The notes beneath the pieces are model-generated. The model did not search any database and was not told the origin of the DNA. It saw nothing but the letters and a program-made list of their open reading frames with translations. A DNA stretch of 63,116 nucleotides, filler included. It is 7 parts of 7 records of this genome, joined end to end, with 100 filler letters (N's around TTAATTAATTAA, not from the genome) between each part and the next. Parts side by side here need not be neighbours in the genome. Positions count along the whole stretch, not along the records: positions 21,093 to 40,276 come from SRR31156797_659; 6 more parts are not named here. One strand, 5' to 3'. Positions within the stretch are counted from its first letter, which is position 1; each line of letters begins with the position of its first letter. Below, piece by piece: positions 28,737-38,295 of this stretch. A program made the translations under genes and the position numbers.

Positions 28737-29528
28737 ATGAGACAATTATTTATTTCAGTTGTAATTATTATTATGAGCTTCACAGCTATGGCGGAGACAA
28801 TGACGTTAAAACTAGCAACATTTAAAAACGGGTCACATGAATATTACTATGAACTTCTTGAAGAATCACTTGCATTAGTTGGTTATGACCTACAAGTACA
28901 AAAAATGCCGGAAATGCCGCAAACAAGAATTACACAAATGCTTAAAAAAGGTGAACTTTCTATGCATTGGTATGTTGAGTCAGCAGACAGAGATTCAAAA
29001 TATATCCCTGTTACCGGTAAATTAACTAATAGTTTAATTGGACACAGAATTTTATTCATTAAAAAAGGAAATCAATCAGCATTTAATGGCGTGAAAACTT
29101 TAGAAGATTTCAGAAATCTTGGAAAAGTCGGAGGCTTTGGGAAAAATTGGTTTGATGTTAAAGTTTGGAAAACAAATAACCTAAGATATAGAGAGCAATC
29201 AGGTGAATGGAGACACCTTTACAAAATGGTTGGTTCAGGAGATAGAGGAGTAGATTATTTCTCAAGAGGAATTACTGAAATTTTACCAGAATACAAAACG
29301 CATAATGCTTACTTAGATATTGAGCAAAACTTAATGTTGGTATATGATAGAGACTTTAAATTCTACTTAAGTACAAAGGATGAAAATAAAAGAGCAGTAT
29401 TGGAAAAAGCATTAGCTAAAGCTAAAGAAACTGGTCTAATTGATAAATTAGTTAGAAAACACTGGTCAGAAGATTTCAAAAAACTTAATATCGATGGTAG
29501 AACAATTATTAACTTAAAAACAGAATAG
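28737..29528 (+). CDS. Orphan periplasmic solute-binding protein (family 3-like)
   Basis: Signal peptide (AMA); LIGHRILFIK, WFDVKVW..N, GVDYFSRG; no adjacent permease or ATPase. Confidence 0.7.
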   Translation: MRQLFISVVIIIMSFTAMAETMTLKLATFKNGSHEYYYELLEESLALVGYDLQVQKMPEMPQTRITQMLKKGELSMHWYVESADRDSKYIPVTGKLTNSLIGHRILFIKKGNQSAFNGVKTLEDFRNLGKVGGFGKNWFDVKVWKTNNLRYREQSGEWRHLYKMVGSGDRGVDYFSRGITEILPEYKTHNAYLDIEQNLMLVYDRDFKFYLSTKDENKRAVLEKALAKAKETGLIDKLVRKHWSEDFKKLNIDGRTIINLKTE

Positions 29529-29544
29529 TAATTCTATTAATATT

Positions 29545-29574
29545 AAAAAAGCAGATTCAGATGAGTCTGCTTTT
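29545..29574. terminator. Bidirectional terminator
   Basis: AAAAAAGCAGATTCA-GA-TGAGTCTGCTTTT. Confidence 0.8.
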
Positions 29575-29596
29575 AGTTTGTTCTTATATATAATTA

Positions 29597-30145
29597 TTAA
29601 TATGCTAATGCACTTACAGTAAGTCCAAGCATCAAATCATTATATCTATTATCATTGTCATCTCCGTTAATATTTCTAAAAATCAAATTACTTTCAATAC
29701 TATAATGTGTTGAGAATTCATAACCAAGTCCTAGAAATATAGCCTCACCTGTATTTCTTTCTACCTCATCACCATCCTCGTCTTCATCTCTTAATAGAGC
29801 TGAAATTCCCACACCACCATTTAGAAATACTCCTTTATGAGGATTTTCACCTAAATGTTTTGATATTGCTATTCCCCTTACTCTTGGAAAAGCATCACCA
29901 AACCATCCTGTTTTACATGTGAGATATATAGCTAGATCATTTGATATTCCATATCCAATTTTTGCATCAGTCATAACTCCTGATTCTTTTGCATTACTAA
30001 ATTCATCTCTATCATAATCAGAATTAAGATTTGCACCTGCATAACCAAGTCCGAAACCAAGAATAAACCCTTTTCTTTCACTATCGAAAGCATAAACTGA
30101 ACTTACAACGCTTAAAAGACATAATAATATAAACAGTTTTTTCAT
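29597..30145 (-). CDS. Small outer-membrane beta-barrel protein
   Basis: Signal peptide; alternating Gly/aromatic strands (GFILGFGLGY, KIGY, LGLGYEF); terminal aromatic residue. Confidence 0.7.
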   Translation of the reverse strand: MKKLFILLCLLSVVSSVYAFDSERKGFILGFGLGYAGANLNSDYDRDEFSNAKESGVMTDAKIGYGISNDLAIYLTCKTGWFGDAFPRVRGIAISKHLGENPHKGVFLNGGVGISALLRDEDEDGDEVERNTGEAIFLGLGYEFSTHYSIESNLIFRNINGDDNDNRYNDLMLGLTVSALAY

Positions 30146-30279
30146 ATTTTTCCTCCTTCTTTAAATCTTATAAATTATTATATAAAGCTCTTATATAAAT
30201 AATATAACAAATTTTTTGCACTATTTGACCACACTAAAGTATGGTTTTGATTTTATTTTGCTATAAGTCGTAAATTGTT

Positions 30280-30308
30280 TTGACGCACATTTAGTCAAAT
30301 GATATAAT
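30280..30308 (+). promoter_or_regulatory. sigma70 promoter of TPR gene, overlapped by a TTTGAC-N9-GTCAAA palindrome
   Basis: TTGACG-N17-TATAAT with a TG extension. Confidence 0.6.
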
Positions 30309-30369
30309 AGTTACGATAAATATATTAGAGTTTTAAAACATAATAATTCAACAGGGGGTTAATATTTAT

Positions 30370-31857
30370 ATGCGGGAAAAGGAAAATAACAACTATAATG
30401 AACTACAGGAAAATTATGAAAAATTGTTAAAGAGTAATGAAGTATTAGAAAAAGAAATGAAAGAATTAAAAACCTTAATGAAAAACAATGTTGAGCCTGA
30501 TACTGATTTTTCAGTTGTTGCAAATATCGATTCTTTTTATACCGGAGCTTGGGAGAAATTGACAACTTTTCTAGGGTGGACAGGTTCTATATTTGTACTT
30601 ATATTAGGGGCCTTATTCGGATATCTTGAGTTTAAAGCTTTAGCTGACTTTGAAGATGAGATACAGGAAAACAAAATTGAATTAGAACAATACGTAGAGA
30701 AAAGAATCGAAACATATGAACGTGTTTTGAATATGTATAAAAATGATACTATTGAGAAAGCAAAAGAAGAAGCAGCAGCAAAAGTGATTGAAGAAGTTGA
30801 TGAATCAATAGAAGAGATCAATGAAAATACATTGGCAACAACTAAAGAATTGAAAATTGAGCTTGAAAAGATAGTTGATGAAAAAATGCTTCAATTAGAG
30901 GAATTAGTTTATATTAGTGAAATTAACGCCAGAATTGGTGCTATACTCGATAAAACTGATTTTGATGACTCAATTATCGCCTTTAATAATCTTTTGGAGA
31001 AAATCGAGGAATCAGATTCTAAACTTAGTTTGTTTAATAAAAATAAGTTGAAATCGGAGGTTTATTATCATAAAGGAGTAGCTTCATTCCATACATTTGA
31101 TTATGATGAATCTATTAACTTTTATAAAGAAGCTCTTGAATTTAACTCTAAGAATGATGCGTTTTATATAGGTTTGGGAGATAATTATCTTAAATTAAGT
31201 GATGAGAAAAGAGCATTAGAAGTTTTTGAGCAGGCCCTTTCACTTAATCCTAAAAATGCAGAAATATATAACAAATTGGGAATCTCATATGAGAAATTAG
31301 GAAATTATGAAAAAGCAGTTGAATTCCATAAAAAAGCAGTTGATTTAGCACCAAATCAAGAAAACTATTATTGTGACTTCGGAACTACATATTTTGAAGC
31401 TGAAGAATATAAGTCTGCCTTAAATGAGTTTGTTAGAGCAATTAAGCTAAATCCTAATCACCATGAATCATATCAAAAATTAGGTTACACATATATGAAG
31501 CTTAGAAATTATAAAAAAGCTATTAAGAATTTTAAGTCAGCTTTGAAACTTAATCCTGAAAATGAGTTTATAGAATCAAATCTGAAAGAAAGTCTTATTT
31601 TAACAGCAGATTATGGTGATGCACTTGAGATTGAGACAGAAAGCTCACAATATAGAGTAATTAATGCCTTGCTTGATTTTACAGCTAAAACTGCTCTGGA
31701 TATGGATACAAGTGATGAAATTAGCACTATTGAACTTTCACTTGATGATGAACCGGTTGAATGGGCATGGGCTGAATTTGAAGACTGGTTAGAGCATTCT
31801 GAGAATACAGCAAAAATAAATAAAATAAGAGATGTTCTTAAATTAGTTAAAAGGTAA
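30370..31857 (+). CDS. Membrane-anchored coiled-coil TPR protein
   Basis: One TM near the N-terminus, coiled coil, about six TPRs (ALSLNPKNAEIYNKLG etc.). Confidence 0.85.
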   Translation: MREKENNNYNELQENYEKLLKSNEVLEKEMKELKTLMKNNVEPDTDFSVVANIDSFYTGAWEKLTTFLGWTGSIFVLILGALFGYLEFKALADFEDEIQENKIELEQYVEKRIETYERVLNMYKNDTIEKAKEEAAAKVIEEVDESIEEINENTLATTKELKIELEKIVDEKMLQLEELVYISEINARIGAILDKTDFDDSIIAFNNLLEKIEESDSKLSLFNKNKLKSEVYYHKGVASFHTFDYDESINFYKEALEFNSKNDAFYIGLGDNYLKLSDEKRALEVFEQALSLNPKNAEIYNKLGISYEKLGNYEKAVEFHKKAVDLAPNQENYYCDFGTTYFEAEEYKSALNEFVRAIKLNPNHHESYQKLGYTYMKLRNYKKAIKNFKSALKLNPENEFIESNLKESLILTADYGDALEIETESSQYRVINALLDFTAKTALDMDTSDEISTIELSLDDEPVEWAWAEFEDWLEHSENTAKINKIRDVLKLVKR

Positions 31858-31865
31858 TATAAAAC

Positions 31866-31893
31866 AAAAAACTCTTTCACGAGAGTTTTTTTT
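31866..31893 (+). terminator. Intrinsic terminator
   Basis: AAAAAACTCT-TTCACG-AGAGTTTTTTTT. Confidence 0.7.
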
Positions 31894-31995
31894 GTTTTTC
31901 TAATTAATATCTCAAATTAGTATTTTATGATATAATAGACATGAAAGAGTAACTGATAATAATTAATAATGTTTTTTGTAATATCTGGAGGAAAA

Positions 31996-33747
31996 ATGAA
32001 AAGAGTTATAATTTTGTTGGTATTAATCACTAATGTTTTATTCGCGTCAGAGGTTTCCTGGAATGATGTCTATACTGTCAAAGGTCTCGAAACACTTACA
32101 TATAATAAAAAAACTAATGAACTGTTTAGTGGTACCAGAGTAAAAAGATTTTCAGACGGAAATATACAATACTCTATAGAATATCTTAATGGAAAAATGC
32201 ATGGTAAGAATAAAGGTTTTCACTGGGGAGAGATACCTTGGTATAGTGTTAATTTTGAATATAACAAAAAACATGGAAAATCACTTAAGTATCATAGTAA
32301 TGGTCAGTTGAGATATGAAAAAATCTATGAAAATGATTCAATCGCTGATGGAGAGTATAAGTTTTATTTTCAAAATGGAAATATTGAAGAGATCATAAGT
32401 TATAAAAACGGCTTTAAAGATGGTAAGTATATAAAATATTATGAATTTGGTGATAGGCAATTTGATATAGAATACAAAGAAGATTATGAACATGGTAAAT
32501 ATATTGAGTATTATCCAAATGGCAATAAACAAAGAGTTACAATGTACAATACGGGAATTAAAGACGGTGTCGAAGAACTTTATTTCGAAAACGGACAATT
32601 AAGCGAAAAGAGCATATACTCAAATGGACGTATAGGAAACGGCGTTTTTAAAAAATATTATGAAAATGGTAAATTAAAAGAAAAAATAGTTTATAAAAAT
32701 GAAAAGAAAAACGGAGTTCACTCTGTTTACTATAATTCCGGCAAGTTAAGACAAAGTATAAGATATAAAAATGATATTGCTAACGGAGATTTTAAGAGAT
32801 ATTATGACAACGGTGAGCTTGAATTTGAAGCTTTTTATGATATGGGAAAAGTTAACGGAGAAGTTATTTTATTTCATAAAAATGGAGAGATAAAAAGTAA
32901 AGCTAACTATATAAACAGCAAACCGGATGGAGAATCAATAACATATTTTCCAGATGGACAAATAGAAAAAACTGGTACCTTTACTAATGGAAAAGCAATA
33001 GGAAAACATCTAATATATTACCCTAATGGCCAAATCAAAATTGAACTAACATATGTAAATGGTCTAAAGCACGGGAAATACATTAAATATCACGCAAACG
33101 GACAAATTGCATATGATGGTAATTATCAGCAAAATCTTTTAGACGGAGAGCAAGTAACGTATTTTGAGAATGGTGAAATCGAATATATCGGTAACTTTGT
33201 AAAAGGTAAACGTGATGGTTTAGTTATTTCGTACTTTGAAAACGGTAATGTCTCACATGCTGCAAATTATAAATTGGGCTTAAAGCATGGCAAATATACT
33301 GTGTATTATGAAGAGGGAACGGCAAAAGAAGACGCATTTTATGAAAATGATAAAAATATAGGTGAACATCATTATTATTATACAAACGGACAGTTGAAAG
33401 ATCTTTCTACTTATGCAGCTGGAGTTCTTCACGGACCAAAAGTCGAATACTATGAAAATGGTAATATAAAATCAGATGTAAACTATTTTGAACATAAAAA
33501 AGAAGGTCTTGAAAAGTTTTATACAGAAAACGGAGTTCTGAAAGAGGAACACTATTATTCTGCTGACGTAAAGACAAAGATATTTTATGTTCATAGCGAG
33601 AATAGCTATGAAATCAGAAAACAAGTGGACTCATCAAAATCAGAGTTAATTGAAACTGTTGATCTAAGCACACAAGCAAAAATTGAACTAAATGATTACG
33701 TTAAAATTATAGAGACAACTATAGAGATGCAAGAAGAGCAGGGATAA
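31996..33747 (+). CDS. Secreted MORN-variant repeat protein (YwqK-like)
   Basis: Signal peptide after GGAGG RBS; about 20 repeats of G..YY.NG.L...Y.NG. Confidence 0.88.
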   Translation: MKRVIILLVLITNVLFASEVSWNDVYTVKGLETLTYNKKTNELFSGTRVKRFSDGNIQYSIEYLNGKMHGKNKGFHWGEIPWYSVNFEYNKKHGKSLKYHSNGQLRYEKIYENDSIADGEYKFYFQNGNIEEIISYKNGFKDGKYIKYYEFGDRQFDIEYKEDYEHGKYIEYYPNGNKQRVTMYNTGIKDGVEELYFENGQLSEKSIYSNGRIGNGVFKKYYENGKLKEKIVYKNEKKNGVHSVYYNSGKLRQSIRYKNDIANGDFKRYYDNGELEFEAFYDMGKVNGEVILFHKNGEIKSKANYINSKPDGESITYFPDGQIEKTGTFTNGKAIGKHLIYYPNGQIKIELTYVNGLKHGKYIKYHANGQIAYDGNYQQNLLDGEQVTYFENGEIEYIGNFVKGKRDGLVISYFENGNVSHAANYKLGLKHGKYTVYYEEGTAKEDAFYENDKNIGEHHYYYTNGQLKDLSTYAAGVLHGPKVEYYENGNIKSDVNYFEHKKEGLEKFYTENGVLKEEHYYSADVKTKIFYVHSENSYEIRKQVDSSKSELIETVDLSTQAKIELNDYVKIIETTIEMQEEQG

Positions 33748-33763
33748 TAGCCCTGCTCTTCTT
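33731..33763. terminator. Terminator hairpin overlapping the stop codon, between convergent genes
   Basis: 13-bp perfect inverted repeat AAGAAGAGCAGGG/CCCTGCTCTTCTT. Confidence 0.75.
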
Positions 33764-33773
33764 ATGTATAAAA

Positions 33774-35687
33774 TTAAGATTTATTCATTAATTTTGTAGC
33801 TTCTGTATTTAATATCTCATTAGTTTTGTTTATCTGATTATATGTATGATTCAAATCTTCGATTAATGTGTTAAGTTTTAAGAACTCTTCACGAGAAAAA
33901 ACAGCCTTTTCATTCGCTGAATTAATTTTATGAGAAAGATCTTTAGAAAACGGTAATATTTTTTCCGCTTCAACTTTCGTGTTTTCAGCTAATTTTCTAA
34001 CTTCATCAGCAACGACAGAGAATCCTCTACCGTGTTCTCCAGCTCTTGCAGATTCGATTGCTGCGTTTAATGCTAGTAGATTAGTTTGATCACTAATATT
34101 ATTTATAGCTTGAATTATAGGGTGGATTTGATCGAGAATCGTTATTCCTTCATCAAACTCTTTTAACATATGTCCGAAATGGTCATTTTGATTTATAAAC
34201 ACATCAGCTAAATTTCTAGCCTGAGTATCCATTTTCTCATTATGTTCGTTAAATTCTCCCATAATTTCCTGAAGCATTTTTCCCATCTCATAGTTTGCAT
34301 TATTTTGAGTAGTTTCAACTTCTGCCTGTAATTCTTCAATTACTGCCATATTTTCTTCAAGTTCTCGTGCCTGTTCTTTAAGGTTTTCTTTTTCTCTTTC
34401 TATAAGTTTAGTTTTATAGTGCTGACAGTTATCAACTTTATTCATTGAGTTATGAATCGCTATAGCCATATCTTTACATGATCCATAACCACAAGCAGCA
34501 CAATTTAATTCATCATTAATATCTTCTTTTTCCAGATTTTGATAAACTCTGGCAATATCTGAATCCCCTGGCATTATAATATTATTCCAATTAGATAGGT
34601 TTTTATAGTTTCTCTTATATAAGTCCTTTTCCCAATATTTTTTGATTTCTTTTTCCAGTGGATTTGAGAAAAGCCGTTTTAATCCCTTTTGGTATTTGTT
34701 GATTCCTTCATCTTTTCTTGTAACTGTAAATTTTTCAAGTTCTTCAATATGTTTATCCTCAGAATTAGTTCCAGGCCCTGTATTACAGCCATATTCACAA
34801 TTTAAACAATCAACTATTAAAAATTTATTTTCCATTACACTCTTAGGCATTTTATCAAGATAATGATAAATGTTATTGATTCCCTCAATTTTTCTAGTAT
34901 AATTACCGGCAGTTTTGTCATATCTTTTCAAAGTCTCTAATAGTCCACCTGGATTAGGGAATACTACTGCTCTCTCTGCAGATGGATTATCATACTCGCT
35001 ATCACTAAAACTATTAAGATTAATTCTATTTACATCTAAATATTCTTCAAGTTTTTTAAAAGTTATGTTAAATGAATCATCTCTTAGATCATCCAGTTCT
35101 ATCTTCTTGGCGATACAAGGAGAGATAAATACTACTTTATGTTCTCTATATTCCGGTAAAAATTTCTTGATATATTTGATAGTGTGTAATAAAGGACTAT
35201 CAATTGGGATTAAGTGATTTAATAATTCAGGCTTATATAACTGCATATACTCTACTATTGCCGGACATGGCTGTGAAATAAGCATTTTATTATTATTTTC
35301 TTTGATATACTCATAATATGATTTTGCAGTTAACTCAGCTCCGAAACTTACATCAAATACAGCATCTGCTCCAATAGATTTTAGCCATGAATTTAGTTTT
35401 AAGTAAGTATTTGGCATATTAGATACGATGGCAGGAGCAACCAAAGCTATAAACTTACGTGGTTTATTATTCATGAAGTGATCTAAATCATCAATATAAT
35501 ATCTTGCGTCATGTGTACAGACCTTTATGCAGCTCCCACACGCTATACACATGTCATGGTTTATCTCTACAGCTTCATCTGTAGCTTTGTTACAAAATTT
35601 GGCCGGACAAGCCTGTATGCACATATAACAGTTAGTACACTTGTCATTATCAATTTGGATTAATTCCCTAGTCTTATAATTATTCAT
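33774..35687 (-). CDS. [FeFe]-hydrogenase-like sensor fused to a methyl-accepting chemotaxis signalling domain
   Basis: 2x[4Fe-4S] ([23 protein letters not shown]); H-domain motifs [25 protein letters not shown]; FeS motif CAACGYGSC-x16-C; MCP core [34 protein letters not shown]. Confidence 0.9.
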   Translation of the reverse strand: MNNYKTRELIQIDNDKCTNCYMCIQACPAKFCNKATDEAVEINHDMCIACGSCIKVCTHDARYYIDDLDHFMNNKPRKFIALVAPAIVSNMPNTYLKLNSWLKSIGADAVFDVSFGAELTAKSYYEYIKENNNKMLISQPCPAIVEYMQLYKPELLNHLIPIDSPLLHTIKYIKKFLPEYREHKVVFISPCIAKKIELDDLRDDSFNITFKKLEEYLDVNRINLNSFSDSEYDNPSAERAVVFPNPGGLLETLKRYDKTAGNYTRKIEGINNIYHYLDKMPKSVMENKFLIVDCLNCEYGCNTGPGTNSEDKHIEELEKFTVTRKDEGINKYQKGLKRLFSNPLEKEIKKYWEKDLYKRNYKNLSNWNNIIMPGDSDIARVYQNLEKEDINDELNCAACGYGSCKDMAIAIHNSMNKVDNCQHYKTKLIEREKENLKEQARELEENMAVIEELQAEVETTQNNANYEMGKMLQEIMGEFNEHNEKMDTQARNLADVFINQNDHFGHMLKEFDEGITILDQIHPIIQAINNISDQTNLLALNAAIESARAGEHGRGFSVVADEVRKLAENTKVEAEKILPFSKDLSHKINSANEKAVFSREEFLKLNTLIEDLNHTYNQINKTNEILNTEATKLMNKS

Positions 35688-35793
35688 TTCATTCCCTCCG
35701 ATAAAATTAATAAAAATATAATAAAATTAAGGTTTTAATATATTTTTATTAATTTTAGTTTTATGATTTATTTTTTACAAAACAAAGCGCAAT

Positions 35794-35822
35794 ATTATAC
35801 ACTCAATGTTGAAATGTGTCAA
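35794..35822 (-). promoter_or_regulatory. Perfect-consensus sigma70 promoter of the hydrogenase-MCP gene
   Basis: TTGACA-N17-TATAAT. Confidence 0.8.
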
Positions 35823-35990
35823 TAAACATCTTGTTAAGTGACAGTAATATCTCATTTGAGATGTTTAGCGAATCAGTAAACTATAAATACTAAGTAAAAC
35901 CGATCAATTTAAGAACATTTTAAGTAGTTTCGATTTATAGTTTGTGATATAATATGAGTAAGAGTGTTGAATTTTTATTGGAGGTTTAAA

Positions 35991-37265
35991 ATGAAAAAAT
36001 TGTCAATTATTATATTTCTATTATCTTTTTATATGAGTTTTAGTGACATTAGCACTGAATACAATTTCCCTATAAAGAATAGATATGCCAGTACTATTAT
36101 TGGTACACCACATGAAGCAAGACTACCACTGTATAATTTACCAAAGGTTGAACACAGAAAACTAAAACATTTTAATAAAAGAGATATTCCTGATGTATTT
36201 TGGTTTCAACCTGACTATGGATATTCTTTATCTGCTCAAACAGGGCCTGCACCGCTTGCATTTGTCTTGCCTGGTATGGGAGGTTTCTATGATGGTGGGC
36301 ATACGACAGGTATGAGGGATGTACTTTATAACGCCGGATTCCACGTTATTGCATTATCGAATCCAAGCCATCCGTCATTTTTGATTTCAGCTTCATCTAC
36401 AGGAACAATAGGAATAATCGAAAATGATGCTAAAGACTTGCATAAATTAATGAAGGCAATCTATAAAAAAGTATCGCAGGAACTTGATATCACAGATAGA
36501 TTTTTAGTTAGTTATAGTTTAGGTGCTACCTATTCATCATATGTTGCAAAATTTGATAGTGAAGATAAATACTTTAATTTCAATAAAATATTTTTAATAA
36601 ATCCGTCAGTTAATTTAATTGATTCAGCTGTTTTGTTTGATTCATTAATGGAAAACACTCTGCCAAACGGAATGAGTGATGTCAATGAATTTATAGCTGA
36701 GGTTGAGCAAATATTGATAGAGATGCCGTATGAGCTTGATCCGGCGAATATTAGAAAAAATGCAGATTATTTATTAAAGAAAAATCCCCCAGACGAAGTA
36801 TTCCAAAAGTTGATTGGCTTGAGCTTCCGAAATGCAATATCTAATGTTGTATTTGTGAGTGATGTAATGACTGATATGGGGCAAATCGTTCCTGAAGATC
36901 AGGAATTAAATAGATTTTCCTCTTTAACAGAATATTATGAGAAGTCTAACAGTTATGGTTTCTTTGATTATTTCAGAACGTTTTTGCTTGAATATATGGA
37001 AAGAGAACATCTGAATTACGGATTCGAAGAGATTATAAAAATGGCTTCTTTAGAAAATATAAAGGAATTTTTATCTAATGCAGAAAATGTATATGTAGTA
37101 ACAAATAAAGATGAATTAATTTTAACAGAAAATGATTTTAGATTTTTAGAAGATACATTTAAAGAAAGAGCAAAGTTTTATCCTATCGGTGGACATTGTG
37201 GTAATATCTTCTACAAAGATAATATAAGTTATATGTTAAACATCTTAAATGAAGATATGCAATAA
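35991..37265 (+). CDS. Secreted alpha/beta-hydrolase-fold protein
   Basis: Signal peptide after GGAGG; PLAFVLPGMGG, nucleophile elbow SYSLGA, C-terminal GGHCGN. Confidence 0.7.
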   Translation: MKKLSIIIFLLSFYMSFSDISTEYNFPIKNRYASTIIGTPHEARLPLYNLPKVEHRKLKHFNKRDIPDVFWFQPDYGYSLSAQTGPAPLAFVLPGMGGFYDGGHTTGMRDVLYNAGFHVIALSNPSHPSFLISASSTGTIGIIENDAKDLHKLMKAIYKKVSQELDITDRFLVSYSLGATYSSYVAKFDSEDKYFNFNKIFLINPSVNLIDSAVLFDSLMENTLPNGMSDVNEFIAEVEQILIEMPYELDPANIRKNADYLLKKNPPDEVFQKLIGLSFRNAISNVVFVSDVMTDMGQIVPEDQELNRFSSLTEYYEKSNSYGFFDYFRTFLLEYMEREHLNYGFEEIIKMASLENIKEFLSNAENVYVVTNKDELILTENDFRFLEDTFKERAKFYPIGGHCGNIFYKDNISYMLNILNEDMQ

Positions 37266-37313
37266 AAGTAAATTTATCATGATTTAAACTTAAAATAATT
37301 GGGGATGAGAGAT

Positions 37314-37874
37314 ATGGGATTATTAACGTTGATTTTTTTAAGTGTTGGATTAGCAATGGACGCGTTTGCAGTATCAATAACAGAAGGGATAGCTGTTAAG
37401 AGGCTGCAAATCAAGCATACTGTAATAGTTGGTGGTGTATTTGGATTCTTTCAGGCTATGATGCCGCTTGTTGGTTATGCATGTGGAAACTTAATATATG
37501 ATTATATTAATAAATATAGTCATTGGGTAACTTTTACACTTTTATTCTTAATAGGATGTAAAATGATCTATGAAGCATATAGTGAGGAAGAGTGTGAAAG
37601 ATCAGGTCGATGTGAGTTTAATACTAATCTGATAATGCTTGCAGTAGCCACAAGCATAGATGCACTGGCAATTGGTTTTTCACTAGCTATGATTAGACCT
37701 GATAATATTTGGTTCATAATATCAGTTATAGGTATTATAACATTTGCTATTTGTGCATCAGGTGTATTTATTGGAAATAAAATAGGTAAGATGTTTAGTA
37801 TGAAGGCGGAATTGTTCGGAGGAGTAGTCCTAATCCTAATAGGATTAAAAACTCTGATAGAAAAATTTATATAA
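37314..37874 (+). CDS. mntP: Manganese efflux pump MntP
   Basis: LAMDAFAVS, FGFFQAMMP, ATSIDALAIG, AELFGGVVLILIG. Confidence 0.9.
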   Translation: MGLLTLIFLSVGLAMDAFAVSITEGIAVKRLQIKHTVIVGGVFGFFQAMMPLVGYACGNLIYDYINKYSHWVTFTLLFLIGCKMIYEAYSEEECERSGRCEFNTNLIMLAVATSIDALAIGFSLAMIRPDNIWFIISVIGIITFAICASGVFIGNKIGKMFSMKAELFGGVVLILIGLKTLIEKFI

Positions 37875-37965
37875 CTATTTATTAAATAGATGATAAAAAT
37901 ACTTAACATTTATTTTTTATATTTTTAATTGTATGATAAATGCAGTATAATGTTCGAAATAAAAG

Positions 37966-38140
37966 AAAATAGAGGCGCGAAAATTATTAGTAAAAACAGA
38001 GAGGTCTGCAACCGTAGAACTGTTTCGAAAGGGGTTTTTGCCGAAATCAAGTATAGTATAGCAGCGCTAGCTTGGTTGGGATTACAGACAACATCTGTAA
38101 TACTGTCATCATTTCAAAGGAAATGGTGGGGTGCTATTGA
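37966..38140 (+). ncRNA. Lysine riboswitch (L-box)
   Basis: AATAGAGGCGCGA...AGTA...GAAAGG...GCCGAA...TGGG...ACTGTC...GGGGTGCTATT directly upstream of lysA-lysC. Confidence 0.9.
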
Positions 38141-38189
38141 CTTTAAGAATATATATAACAGTAATTAATATTGTCTAATATATAATTTT

Positions 38190-38223
38190 AAGTTGGTAGG
38201 ATCAAACTACCAACTTTTTTTTA
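38190..38223 (+). terminator. Riboswitch-controlled attenuator terminator
   Basis: AAGTTGGTAG-GATCAAA-CTACCAACTTTTTTTTT between the aptamer and lysA. Confidence 0.85.
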
Positions 38224-38295
38224 TAAATTCATAAATTTAGGATATAATTAAAGAGAACTAATAAATGGTAGAAAAATTAACTTAAAATAAGGGAA

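Noticed and set aside
31996-33747. MORN repeats as a CRISPR-like or DGR-like nucleotide array
   Set aside because: Repeats are degenerate at DNA level and conserved only as protein motifs; no cas or reverse transcriptase gene in the window
37266-37313. yybP-ykoY Mn riboswitch expected upstream of mntP
   Set aside because: The gap is under 50 nt and shows no aptamer motifs
37929-38168. 79-aa ORF upstream of lysA
   Set aside because: Coincides with the lysine riboswitch; no RBS
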